The notes under the pieces are model-generated. The model was not told where the DNA came from. It was given only the letters and a program-made list of their open reading frames with translations, and searched no databases. The position numbers and the translations under genes were made by a program. This document shows positions 46,925 through 55,847 of a stretch of DNA of 64,000 nucleotides, one piece after another. Every line of letters starts with the position of its first letter. Positions within the stretch are counted from its first letter, which is position 1. Source of the stretch: Microgenomates group bacterium (GTDB lineage Bacteria; Patescibacteriota; Microgenomatia; PFEM01; JBNASD01); NCBI GenBank assembly GCA_049720225.1, contig JBNASD010000004.1, forward strand, positions 1,117 through 65,116, written 5' to 3'.

Positions 46925-48274
46925 ATGAAAAAAATTAGAAAAATTCCTACTATTTTAGGTTTATTGTTAGTGTTGTCAACCATTATTGGGGGGATTTTTT
47001 TAATCCATAACCAAAGTAGATTTCTTACTAAAGCACAACCAGAAATTATTCCTAAAGAAGTAAGGATTACCAATGTTACTGATAGTAGCTTTTCTGTTTC
47101 TTGGATTACTGACCAAGAAACAGAGGGTTTTATTCAGTACGGAGAAAAAGAAGATAATTGGGAAGTGGCTTTAGACGATAGAGATCAAATTTCTGGAAAA
47201 AGAGGAAAATTTTCTACTCATCACGTAACGATTAAAAATCTAAAGCCTTTAACTTTATACCTTTTTAAAATCGGTAGTGATGGAAGAATATTTGACAATA
47301 ATGGGAGTCTTTATCAGGTAAAAACTGGACCGAAAATTGGAGGAGATTTACCTCCTAATGATATTGTTTATGGAGAAATTCTTTTATCTAATGGATTACC
47401 AGCAGAAGGAGTGATTGTTTATCTTTCTTTGGTTAATGCCGGTCAACTTTCTGCTTTAACTCGTTCTTCAGGAGCTTGGGCAATTCCTTTAAATTTAGCA
47501 AGAAAAGAAGATTTGTCTTCTTGGGCTCAATATGATAAGGAAGCTTCTTTAATAGAAATTTTTGTTCAGGGAGGAAATAAAGGAGTAGCAACGGCAATCA
47601 CTACGACTAGAAATGATAGTCCGGTACCTTCTATTACGTTAGGAAAAAATTTTGATTTTCGTTCTCAAATAGAAAACCCTTCTCCTACTCCGGCTTTGAC
47701 TCCTCCTTCTTCGCGACTTTTTGGAGAAGAAGCATCTCTTACTCAAAATTTAAGGATAATTAATCCAGAAGAAGGAGAAAAAATTTCTACTTCTACACCA
47801 GAGTTTTTTGGGGTAGGACCACCAGGCGAAAGGATTATTATTAAAGTAGAATCACCAGAAACTTTTACTGGAGAAGTTTTTATTGACCAAAATGGTAATT
47901 GGCGTTGGACACCTCCATCTAACCTTTCTCCGGGAGAGCATAAGATTACTGTCTCTTTAGCTAATGGAAAAACAATAACAAGATCTTTTGTAATTTTAGC
48001 AAACGAAGCTAATTTGCCATCATTTACTTCTTCTCCTTCGGGAATATTAACGATTACTCCTACTCCTACTTTTACCCCTACACCCTTTCCTACTTCTACT
48101 TTGACACCAACTCCTATAGCTACTTTTACTCCTACTCCAATTCAAAGAAGTTCTTTACCTTCCACCGAAAGTGGTATTCCTACATCAGGAACATTGACAC
48201 CTACTTTTATTTTAGTCATAATGGGAATAAGTTTGATTTTAATTGGTTTTATTTGTTGGAAATTTTTATTTTAA
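46925..48274 (+). CDS. Cell-surface protein with fibronectin-type-III-like domain, Thr/Pro-rich linker and C-terminal hydrophobic anchor
   Basis: N-terminal TM/signal. VRITNVTDSSFSVSWITDQETEGFIQYGE...HHVTIKNLKPLTLYLFKI resembles an FN3 / purple-acid-phosphatase N-terminal fold. TPTPTFTPTP linker and a C-terminal TM. Confidence 0.45.
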   Translation: MKKIRKIPTILGLLLVLSTIIGGIFLIHNQSRFLTKAQPEIIPKEVRITNVTDSSFSVSWITDQETEGFIQYGEKEDNWEVALDDRDQISGKRGKFSTHHVTIKNLKPLTLYLFKIGSDGRIFDNNGSLYQVKTGPKIGGDLPPNDIVYGEILLSNGLPAEGVIVYLSLVNAGQLSALTRSSGAWAIPLNLARKEDLSSWAQYDKEASLIEIFVQGGNKGVATAITTTRNDSPVPSITLGKNFDFRSQIENPSPTPALTPPSSRLFGEEASLTQNLRIINPEEGEKISTSTPEFFGVGPPGERIIIKVESPETFTGEVFIDQNGNWRWTPPSNLSPGEHKITVSLANGKTITRSFVILANEANLPSFTSSPSGILTITPTPTFTPTPFPTSTLTPTPIATFTPTPIQRSSLPSTESGIPTSGTLTPTFILVIMGISLILIGFICWKFLF

Positions 48275-48285
48275 AATGAATTAAA

Positions 48286-49404
48286 ATGAATAAATTAAAT
48301 TTTTTACCTTTTAAAAAAGAAGATAAAGATAATACAGTCAAGGAAAATTTAAACCCTTTTCAATTTGCTGTGCCTCCTTTGCCGGAAGAAAAAATAACTT
48401 CTTTAAATTTAGATTCTAGTCTTCCTCCTTCTAACAAAAACAAAAGAAATAAAATAAATCCTTTAATTCTTGGGGGGATTTTTCTTTTTCTTCTTTTTTC
48501 TTTAGGGGGAGGAGTATATTTTATAAAAACTCAAAGAGAAGAAATAAGAACTAAAGCAGGAACAGGAAGTGAATGTTTTTATCCGCCAGAGATTTATCGC
48601 CCTGCTCCTTATCAATATCGCGTTGGTGATACTTCCTCTCCTGGATATGAAGATTGGGTAATTTATCCTATCAAACCAGAGTGCGCTAATGTAGAAAGAC
48701 TAAGTCAAATTTTTGGACCCTTAGATAAAGTTTTTCCCGATAAGGAGGTTTATATTACCCGTCCTAACCAAGCTTGTCAATATGGATTTACTTTTAATCG
48801 AATAATGCATATTGATGGTTATAGCGACGAAGAAGTACAAAAGGGATTACCAGAATTTAGCGAGCAGGAACTTCATGACCTTCATTATCAAGGTAAAGAT
48901 GTTCAAAGTATTCAAGATTGTGATAAAAATGGACGACAGGTGGTTTTTGATCTTACTACTAATAATGTTTATGGAAAAATGGTTGCTAAACCAAACGGTT
49001 GGATTGCTTGGGAACCGGGATATTATCAATTTGATTTAACTCCGTGTTTTCGTTGTGAAGGGGGAGCAGTTCATCAGCAATCTTTAGGAGCAGGTTTTAT
49101 AAGAGTAGTGGAAGGGGAAGGAATTTCTTGTAACCAAGTAAGTATTTATAATCAATCTTGGCAAAAACTTGACGCTAATCAATTAAGTTTACTAAGAGCA
49201 GGTGATCAAGTTTATTTAGCGGTTTTAGGTTTAGGATCAGGCATTGATAAAGCTCGTTTTAGAATTAATGGAGGAAACTGGATTGAAACCGAGCAAAAAC
49301 GAACAGAGACAGAAGAATTTTATATTAGCTATGTTATTCCCCAAGGGATTATTGATTTTAATATTGAAGCAGAAGTTCATCATCCTTTTTATGGATGGAA
49401 ATAA
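48286..49404 (+). CDS. Hypothetical membrane-anchored extracytoplasmic protein
   Basis: Cytoplasmic N-terminus, one TM, and a 290-aa Cys-containing ectodomain. Confidence 0.35.
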   Translation: MNKLNFLPFKKEDKDNTVKENLNPFQFAVPPLPEEKITSLNLDSSLPPSNKNKRNKINPLILGGIFLFLLFSLGGGVYFIKTQREEIRTKAGTGSECFYPPEIYRPAPYQYRVGDTSSPGYEDWVIYPIKPECANVERLSQIFGPLDKVFPDKEVYITRPNQACQYGFTFNRIMHIDGYSDEEVQKGLPEFSEQELHDLHYQGKDVQSIQDCDKNGRQVVFDLTTNNVYGKMVAKPNGWIAWEPGYYQFDLTPCFRCEGGAVHQQSLGAGFIRVVEGEGISCNQVSIYNQSWQKLDANQLSLLRAGDQVYLAVLGLGSGIDKARFRINGGNWIETEQKRTETEEFYISYVIPQGIIDFNIEAEVHHPFYGWK

Positions 49405-49991
49405 AAATGAAAGATAAAAAAGATTGGTTAATTTTTTTAATAGGAGGATTAACGATATTTTTATCGGTAATTGCTGTTATGATTGCTTTTAAAATTTATC
49501 AAAATAGACGTAAAGCTGTTGCTCCCACTGCTCCTTTTTCTAAACCGCAGGCTGTAGTAGAATCATGCAAAATAAGTTTTTCTTTATTAATTACTCCCAC
49601 TCCTACCCTTACGCCTACTCCTACTCCAAGAATAACCCCCACATCTACTCCCACACCTCGAATAACTCCTACTTCTACTCCTACTCTTACATCTACTCCC
49701 ACACCTCGAATAACTCCTACTTCTACACCGACAGTCACTCTTACTCCCACCATTACTCCTTCAACTTCGCCTTCACCAACTCCTTCTTTTACTCCTTCCC
49801 CTACGGTAACTCCAATAGTACTTTTAACTGCCACTCCTTTTCCCACTTTAGTTAGTCAAATTTCCACCCCTACCCCTACACCTTTTGTAGCCCAAATAGA
49901 ATTACCAACAGCAGGTATCGGTTTGCCTGCTATAGGAGCTACTTTACTAGGGTTAATATTAATATTTGCTAGTCTTCTTCTTGCCTTATAA
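49395..49991 (+). CDS. Thr/Pro-repeat surface protein with C-terminal LPTAG-like anchor segment
   Basis: N-terminal TM, 16-aa tandem repeats TSTPTPRITPTSTPT(L/V), and a C-terminal ELPTAGIGLPAIGATLLGLILIFASLLLAL. Confidence 0.45.
   Translation: MEIKMKDKKDWLIFLIGGLTIFLSVIAVMIAFKIYQNRRKAVAPTAPFSKPQAVVESCKISFSLLITPTPTLTPTPTPRITPTSTPTPRITPTSTPTLTSTPTPRITPTSTPTVTLTPTITPSTSPSPTPSFTPSPTVTPIVLLTATPFPTLVSQISTPTPTPFVAQIELPTAGIGLPAIGATLLGLILIFASLLLAL
49593..49740 (+). repeat. 48-nt in-frame tandem repeat (about 3 copies) encoding the TPTPRITPTSTPT unit
   Basis: acatctactcccacacctcgaataactcctacttctac occurs at 49641 and 49689, with degenerate flanking copies. It generates spurious antisense ORFs. Confidence 0.7.
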
Positions 49992-50021
49992 AATTTTTAA
50001 TTTTAGTGGTAAAATTTTTAT

Positions 50022-51236
50022 ATGAAAATCGCAATTATTGGGGGAGGAATCGGAGCGTTAACTACTGCGTTTTGCCTTTCTAAAAAAAACCAAAAGGTAT
50101 TTTTATTTGAGAAAGAAAAACGATTAGGAGGTTTAGCTAGTGGTTTAAAAGAAAAAAATTGGCAATGGCATTTAGATTGTTTATTTCACCACCTTTTTAC
50201 TTCAGACAAAGAAGCAATTTCTTTAATTGAGGAAATTGGTTTAAAAAACTCTTTGTTTTTTTCTCGACCCAAAACAGCAATTTTTTATGAGGGGAAAATT
50301 TCTCAATTTGATTCTCCTTTAAGTTTATTAACTTTTCCTCATTTAAATTTTGTTGAAAAAATTCGGGCAGGATTAGTTACTTTTTATCTTAAACTTAATA
50401 ATAATTGGCAGAATTTAGAAAAAATTGAAGCTACCAAATGGCTTGAAAAATTTTATGGAAAAAGAAATTATCAAATTTTATGGGAACCACTGTTAAAGGG
50501 AAAATTTGGTGCTCAAGCAGAAAAAATTTCTATGGCCTGGTTTTGGGCAAGGATTAAAAAAAGAAGCACCAAATTAGGATATTTAAAAGGTGGGTTTCAA
50601 GTTTTGATTAATACATTAGAAAAAGAAATTAAAAAAAATGGCGGAAAAATTTTTCTTAATCAGGAAATAAAAAGCCTAAAGGAGTTAAGTGATTTTCAAA
50701 AGATAATTATTACTGCTCCTACAGAAAAATTTTTTCCTGGAAAGTTTCCCTCAATGTTAGGGGCAATAAATTTAATTTTAATCTTAAAAAAACGATTTTT
50801 AACTGACGGGACTTACTGGTTAAATATTAACGAAAAAAACTTTCCTTTTGTTGCGGTAGTTGAGCATACTAATTTTATAGATTCTAAGTATTATGGTGGT
50901 AATCACATTTTGTATGTGGGGGGTTATTATCCCCAAAACCATCGTTATTTTAAAATGAACGAACCTCAGATTTTTAAAGAATTTGCACCATTTTTGAAAA
51001 AAATAAACCCAATTTTCAATTTTGATTCTTCAATCTTAAATTTAAAATTAACTAAAAATCTTTTCGCTCAGCCAATTGTTCCAGTGAATTATTCCCTAAT
51101 TTTAAAGAAAGCTAAAAAATCTTTACCAAAAAATATTTATTTAGCTAATATGCAAACAATTTATCCTTACGATCGAGGAGTGAATTATGCCATTGCTCAA
51201 GCAAAAAAAGTTACTCAAGAAGTTTTGGCAGAGTAA
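50022..51236 (+). CDS. FAD/NAD(P)-binding oxidoreductase (amine-oxidase / UDP-galactopyranose-mutase-like Rossmann protein)
   Basis: N-terminal MKIAIIGGGIGALTTAFCL...FEKE (GxGxxG dinucleotide-binding motif). The specific family was not resolved. Confidence 0.5.
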   Translation: MKIAIIGGGIGALTTAFCLSKKNQKVFLFEKEKRLGGLASGLKEKNWQWHLDCLFHHLFTSDKEAISLIEEIGLKNSLFFSRPKTAIFYEGKISQFDSPLSLLTFPHLNFVEKIRAGLVTFYLKLNNNWQNLEKIEATKWLEKFYGKRNYQILWEPLLKGKFGAQAEKISMAWFWARIKKRSTKLGYLKGGFQVLINTLEKEIKKNGGKIFLNQEIKSLKELSDFQKIIITAPTEKFFPGKFPSMLGAINLILILKKRFLTDGTYWLNINEKNFPFVAVVEHTNFIDSKYYGGNHILYVGGYYPQNHRYFKMNEPQIFKEFAPFLKKINPIFNFDSSILNLKLTKNLFAQPIVPVNYSLILKKAKKSLPKNIYLANMQTIYPYDRGVNYAIAQAKKVTQEVLAE

Positions 51237-52830
51237 TTGGCCAGAAATTTTTTTTGCCATTTTTGCTTTCTGTTTTTCTTGGTGGCTAATGTGGCATACC
51301 TTTAATTATAAAGATGGCCAAATGCTTATTGCCGGAAAAGTTTGGTCTGATTTTGCCGCTAACATTCCTTTAATTCGTTCTTTTTCTTGGGGAAAAAATT
51401 GGCCACCAGAATATCCTTTGTTTCCTGGAGAACCAATTAGATATCATTTTTTATTTTATTTTTTGGTAGGGATGTTGGAAAAAATCGGTTTACCAATTAG
51501 TTGGGCTTTAAATTTACCCAGTATTTTTGGTTTTTTTGGACTTTTGTTAATAATTTATTTTTTAACAAAGCTTTTATTTAATAAACGTTTTGTTGCTTTT
51601 TTGGCGGTAATTTTTTTTCTTTTTAATAGCTCTTTAACTTTTTTAGAATTTTTTCGTCAACATCCTTTATCTTGGGAAACTCCAAAACAAATTTTGACTA
51701 ACCGAAATTTTCCTTCTTTTGGACCTTATGATGGAAAAATTATTTCTGCTTTTTGGAGCTTGAATATTTATACCAATCAGCGTCATTTAGCAAGCGCTTA
51801 TTTTTTGATTCTTTTGATGGTTTATTTAATTGTAAAAAAAATAAAAGAAAATAAAAAAATAAAATTTTGGCAGATTGTATTTTTAGGAATTATTTTTGGA
51901 ATGATGCCCTTTTTTCATAAAGTAGGTTTTTTAATGATAGTAATAATTTTGGGATTTTTCTTTTTATTTTTTGCTAAAATTCGTAAAGGAATTTTTTTAA
52001 TTGGTGTAATTGGTTTGATTTTTTCTTTACCCCAAATTTTTTATCAAACAAAAGGGGAGATGTCTTCAATACTATTTTATCCTGGTTATTTAGTAAGCCA
52101 CCCTCTTAATTTAAATAAAATTTTATCTTATTGGTGGCAAAATTTAGGTTTATCATTAATTTTAATTCCTTTGGGATTTTTATTGGCTAACAAATTAGCG
52201 AAAAAAATATTTCCTCCTTTTTTTTCTTTGTTTTTAATTGCCAATCTTTTTCAATTTTCTCCAGAAATAGCCGCCAATCATAAGTTTTTTAATTTATTTA
52301 TTATTGTCGGCAATATGTTTTCTGCTTGGTTTATCTTTTTAATTTGGGAGAAAAAATTTTTGGGAAAAATAATGGCTTTATTATTAATTTTTTTGATGAC
52401 TTTTTCAGGAATTATTGATTTTTTTCCTATAAAAAACGATATAATTTACCGAATCGATGATGCCCCCAAAAATCCTGAAGTTAAGTGGATTAAGGAAAAT
52501 ACTCCACCTGATGCTGTTTTTTTAAATTCTTCTTACTTATATCATCAAGCTTCCTTAGCGGGTCGAAAAATTTTTTTAGGTTGGCCTTATTTTCCTTGGT
52601 CAGCGGGATATAATGTTGATAAAAGAACTCAATTAATGAAAAAAATTTGGGGGAGTAATGATAAAGAAGAAATTTGTTTTCTTTTAAAGCAAAATCTTGT
52701 TTATGGAGTATTTTTAGAAAATAATCTTTCTGATTTTTCTGTTGATAAATTATTTTGGGAAAATTATTTTTCCCCTTCTCATAAAACAGATAATTTATCT
52801 TTATATTTAACTGATAAAAATTGTCAATAA
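51187..52830 (+). CDS. Polytopic membrane protein, GT-C-fold glycosyltransferase-like (ArnT/PMT-like), start uncertain
   Basis: More than 10 predicted TM helices, with large loops. No defining catalytic motif seen. The 5' end overlaps the upstream gene by about 50 nt, so the true start is probably internal. Confidence 0.4.
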   Translation: MPLLKQKKLLKKFWQSNWPEIFFAIFAFCFSWWLMWHTFNYKDGQMLIAGKVWSDFAANIPLIRSFSWGKNWPPEYPLFPGEPIRYHFLFYFLVGMLEKIGLPISWALNLPSIFGFFGLLLIIYFLTKLLFNKRFVAFLAVIFFLFNSSLTFLEFFRQHPLSWETPKQILTNRNFPSFGPYDGKIISAFWSLNIYTNQRHLASAYFLILLMVYLIVKKIKENKKIKFWQIVFLGIIFGMMPFFHKVGFLMIVIILGFFFLFFAKIRKGIFLIGVIGLIFSLPQIFYQTKGEMSSILFYPGYLVSHPLNLNKILSYWWQNLGLSLILIPLGFLLANKLAKKIFPPFFSLFLIANLFQFSPEIAANHKFFNLFIIVGNMFSAWFIFLIWEKKFLGKIMALLLIFLMTFSGIIDFFPIKNDIIYRIDDAPKNPEVKWIKENTPPDAVFLNSSYLYHQASLAGRKIFLGWPYFPWSAGYNVDKRTQLMKKIWGSNDKEEICFLLKQNLVYGVFLENNLSDFSVDKLFWENYFSPSHKTDNLSLYLTDKNCQ

Positions 52831-54242
52831 AAATGAAATTTATAAAAAAATTAAAAATAAATTTTTACTTATTTATTGCCCTTTTTCTATTTTCTATTTT
52901 ATATTTACCATTTTTAGAATCTTTTCCTTATCTAGACGGCAATATTGATTTTGTTCAGTCATATCATTTTTTAAAGGGAGGATTTAAAGAATATTTTAAT
53001 AATTGGACTTCAGTTCATCCCCCTTTTAAAGTTTTTATTTCTTCATTATTTTTTAAATTTTTAGGCTTTAATGTTATTTCCTATAATTTGATAGGATATT
53101 TTTTTGGTTTAATATCAATTTTATATTTTAATAAATTAGCTTTTCTAATTTTTGATAGTCGAAGTGCAAAAATAGCGACAATTCTTTTAGCTACTTCTCC
53201 TTTATTTTTAGCTACCGCTATTTTTTCTCTAAGAGATTTTTTATTAACTTCTTTTTTAATATTATCTTTATATTTTTACCTTGTTTCTAATTATTTTTTT
53301 TATTTATTTTTTTCTACGCTTAGTTTTTTATCTAAAGAATCTGGTTTACTTTTAATAGTTTGTGTGATTTTGATTGAGTTTTTTAGTTTTTTAAAAAATA
53401 AAAAAAATTCAAAATTTTTAATCACCTTAAGTGGATTAACGATTCCTTTTTTATGGTGGTTTTTTTTAAAAATTAATCAAAAAACCTCATGGAGGGATTG
53501 GCTTTTTTCAGAATATGCTTCTAAGGGAACTTACTATGTAATGATTAAAAACCTTCTTGAATTAAAAATATTTAATCAATATGCCTATCAGCACTGGCTT
53601 CATCTTTTTATTCTTAATTTTAATTGGATATTTTGGTTAATTTTTCTAATTGGTTTTTTTTGGATGTTTATTAAAAAATATAATATTTTTTTAACCTTTT
53701 TGATGAATTTTAATCAAAAAGCCAAAACGGTTTTAGTTATTGTTCTCTTAATTATAAGTTATTTTTTAACTGTTCTTTGCTTACCGACTTATGCGATTCC
53801 TCGATATATTCTTCCAATTTTGCCCTTTCTTTATTTGCTTGATTCCTACATTATTCAACTTTTTTTGATTAAGAAGAAAAGATTATTTAGTTTTTTTATA
53901 AATTCAGGAATGATCGTTTTAATTTTCCTAAGTTTATTTTTTTCTTTAGACCCTCTTTCTTTAAAAATTTGGGGTAAAATAAAAATTTTTGGAAAGAAAT
54001 TTTACGCTCTTAATGAACATTTTGCAGGAAACGATGGGATTACTTATAACTTTCAATACCTATATTTAATCAAAGAAAGAACTAAGAAGATTTTGGAAGC
54101 AAATAATAAAAAAGATTCTGTTGTAAGTGAAGATTGTTATTGGATTTTTCCTGATCCAAGAAATGATTTTCAAACGATACAAATTTTAAAATTAAATGGT
54201 ATAAATCTCGATATCCCTTGTAGGGAAATTAAAGTTAATTAA
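52821..54242 (+). CDS. Polytopic membrane protein, GT-C-like (ArnT/PMT-like)
   Basis: Multi-TM, with a first extracytoplasmic loop YLDGNIDFVQSY reminiscent of the PMT/ArnT first-loop acidic motif. Confidence 0.4.
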   Translation: MSIKMKFIKKLKINFYLFIALFLFSILYLPFLESFPYLDGNIDFVQSYHFLKGGFKEYFNNWTSVHPPFKVFISSLFFKFLGFNVISYNLIGYFFGLISILYFNKLAFLIFDSRSAKIATILLATSPLFLATAIFSLRDFLLTSFLILSLYFYLVSNYFFYLFFSTLSFLSKESGLLLIVCVILIEFFSFLKNKKNSKFLITLSGLTIPFLWWFFLKINQKTSWRDWLFSEYASKGTYYVMIKNLLELKIFNQYAYQHWLHLFILNFNWIFWLIFLIGFFWMFIKKYNIFLTFLMNFNQKAKTVLVIVLLIISYFLTVLCLPTYAIPRYILPILPFLYLLDSYIIQLFLIKKKRLFSFFINSGMIVLIFLSLFFSLDPLSLKIWGKIKIFGKKFYALNEHFAGNDGITYNFQYLYLIKERTKKILEANNKKDSVVSEDCYWIFPDPRNDFQTIQILKLNGINLDIPCREIKVN

Positions 54243-54258
54243 TAACTAATTCAATAAA

Positions 54259-55470
54259 ATGAGATTGAAAAATATTTTTTTGTTTATTTTAATCATTTTT
54301 TGTTTAATTTCCTCTTATAAAATATTTTTAGTAAGTAAAAATATAAGCAACGATTATCATTTTTCTTTATTGGCGGAAAGTTTTCTTCAAGGAAGATTAG
54401 ATCTTTTAACTAATTCTTCTAATTTTCCTCCAGGAGATGTCGCTTTTTACAAAAATAAATATTTTATTTATTTTGGTCCTTTACCAGGAATTATTCTTAT
54501 GCCTTTTGTTTTGCTATTTGGAAGTAATTTTCCTCAAAATTTTTTGACAATTTTAATCTCTTTTTTAAGTTTTTGGTTAATAATAAAAATTGCTCAAAAA
54601 TTTAATTTTAGAATCGAAGATTCCTTATGGATAGCACTTTTTTACATTTTTGGAACTGTTTATTCCTTTTTAACTTTAGTTAATATTTCCGCTTTTCAAG
54701 TTCAAATAATAGGAAATTTTTTTATTCTTTTAGCTATTTATGAATTTTTTAGCAAGAAGAGACACTTTTTAATTGGTTTATATCTTTCTTTAGCGATGGC
54801 TACCCGTCTTACATTATTAATGGGAGTTATTTTTTTTATCTTGGACATTCTCGAGAAAAATTATTCTTTTAAAAGGAAAGTTTTTTTATTGATAAATCTT
54901 CTATTCCCAATTGGATTAATTGGCTTTTCTCTAATGATTTATAATTTCGTTCGGTTTGATAATATTTTTGAGAGTGGTTATAAATATAATATTACTCTCC
55001 CTTATACTTCTAATTTTAATGCAGTTAAAAAGTATGGTATTTTTTCTTTCTATCATCTTCCAATAAATATCTATTATTTTGTCTTTAGCGCTCCTATTTT
55101 AATAAGAAATTCTAGTGGAATTCCCATATTTCCCTTTTTAAAAGCTGATCATTGGGGATTAAGCATTATTTTCACATCACCTCTTTTAGTTTTTTCTTTA
55201 TTTTTTTTAGATTTTAAAAAAAATTGGAAAGAAATAATAACAACTTTTTTAATTAGTCTTTCAATTTTCACTTATTATGGAGTGGGAGTTTCTCAATTTG
55301 GTTACCGCTTTGCTTTAGATTTCTATCCATTTTTATTCTTGATTCTTTTAAAGACACTTAATGGAAAACTTATTTTTATTCATAAGTTATTAATTATTTA
55401 TAGTATTATTTTCAATTTTCTTTTTATGCTTTCTATTTGGGAAAAATATCCTTTGTTAGGAATTTATTAA
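54259..55470 (+). CDS. Polytopic membrane protein (GT-C-like, uncharacterised)
   Basis: 403 aa, about 11 TM helices. Confidence 0.35.
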   Translation: MRLKNIFLFILIIFCLISSYKIFLVSKNISNDYHFSLLAESFLQGRLDLLTNSSNFPPGDVAFYKNKYFIYFGPLPGIILMPFVLLFGSNFPQNFLTILISFLSFWLIIKIAQKFNFRIEDSLWIALFYIFGTVYSFLTLVNISAFQVQIIGNFFILLAIYEFFSKKRHFLIGLYLSLAMATRLTLLMGVIFFILDILEKNYSFKRKVFLLINLLFPIGLIGFSLMIYNFVRFDNIFESGYKYNITLPYTSNFNAVKKYGIFSFYHLPINIYYFVFSAPILIRNSSGIPIFPFLKADHWGLSIIFTSPLLVFSLFFLDFKKNWKEIITTFLISLSIFTYYGVGVSQFGYRFALDFYPFLFLILLKTLNGKLIFIHKLLIIYSIIFNFLFMLSIWEKYPLLGIY

Positions 55471-55517
55471 ATTTTTTATTCTATTAGGCAGATTAATTTT
55501 GTTATAATTTTTAAAAA

Positions 55518-55766
55518 GTGAAGAGAGTTATAAAAAACAAAAAGTTTCTTGGTTCAAATATTATTATTTTAATAGTATTTTTATCTGTTTTTGTCCGTTT
55601 TTCTCTCACTTTTTTACCTTCTCACCGAGTAGATATGGGTGGATATAATTTTTGGAGCCATTATTTAGCAGATAGAGGTTTTCAGGGAATTTACCAAACC
55701 CATTTAGTTTATGGGCCAGCCTATTTATATTTACTTTTGATTTCTGGAGAAGTGGCTAAATTTTAA
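55518..55766 (+). pseudogene. Possible N-terminal fragment of a PMT/ArnT-like GT-C gene (82 aa)
   Basis: A TM helix followed by FLPSHRVDMGGYNFWSHYLADRGFQG, which resembles the first loop of PMT_2-type proteins. The ORF terminates after one TM and is followed by an AT-rich 80-nt gap. Confidence 0.3.
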
Positions 55767-55847
55767 AGACTAGTGATTTAACTTACAAATTTTTAATTAA
55801 ATTTTAGTTAATATCTTTGATTTTATTTAATTAAAATTAAAAATTAT

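Noticed and set aside
49499-49855. Two overlapping ORFs (115 aa on minus, 96 aa on plus) with Gly/Val- or Ser/Tyr-rich translations
   Set aside because: These are alternative-frame and antisense readings of the Thr/Pro tandem-repeat DNA inside the 49395..49991 gene. They show low-complexity artefact translations.
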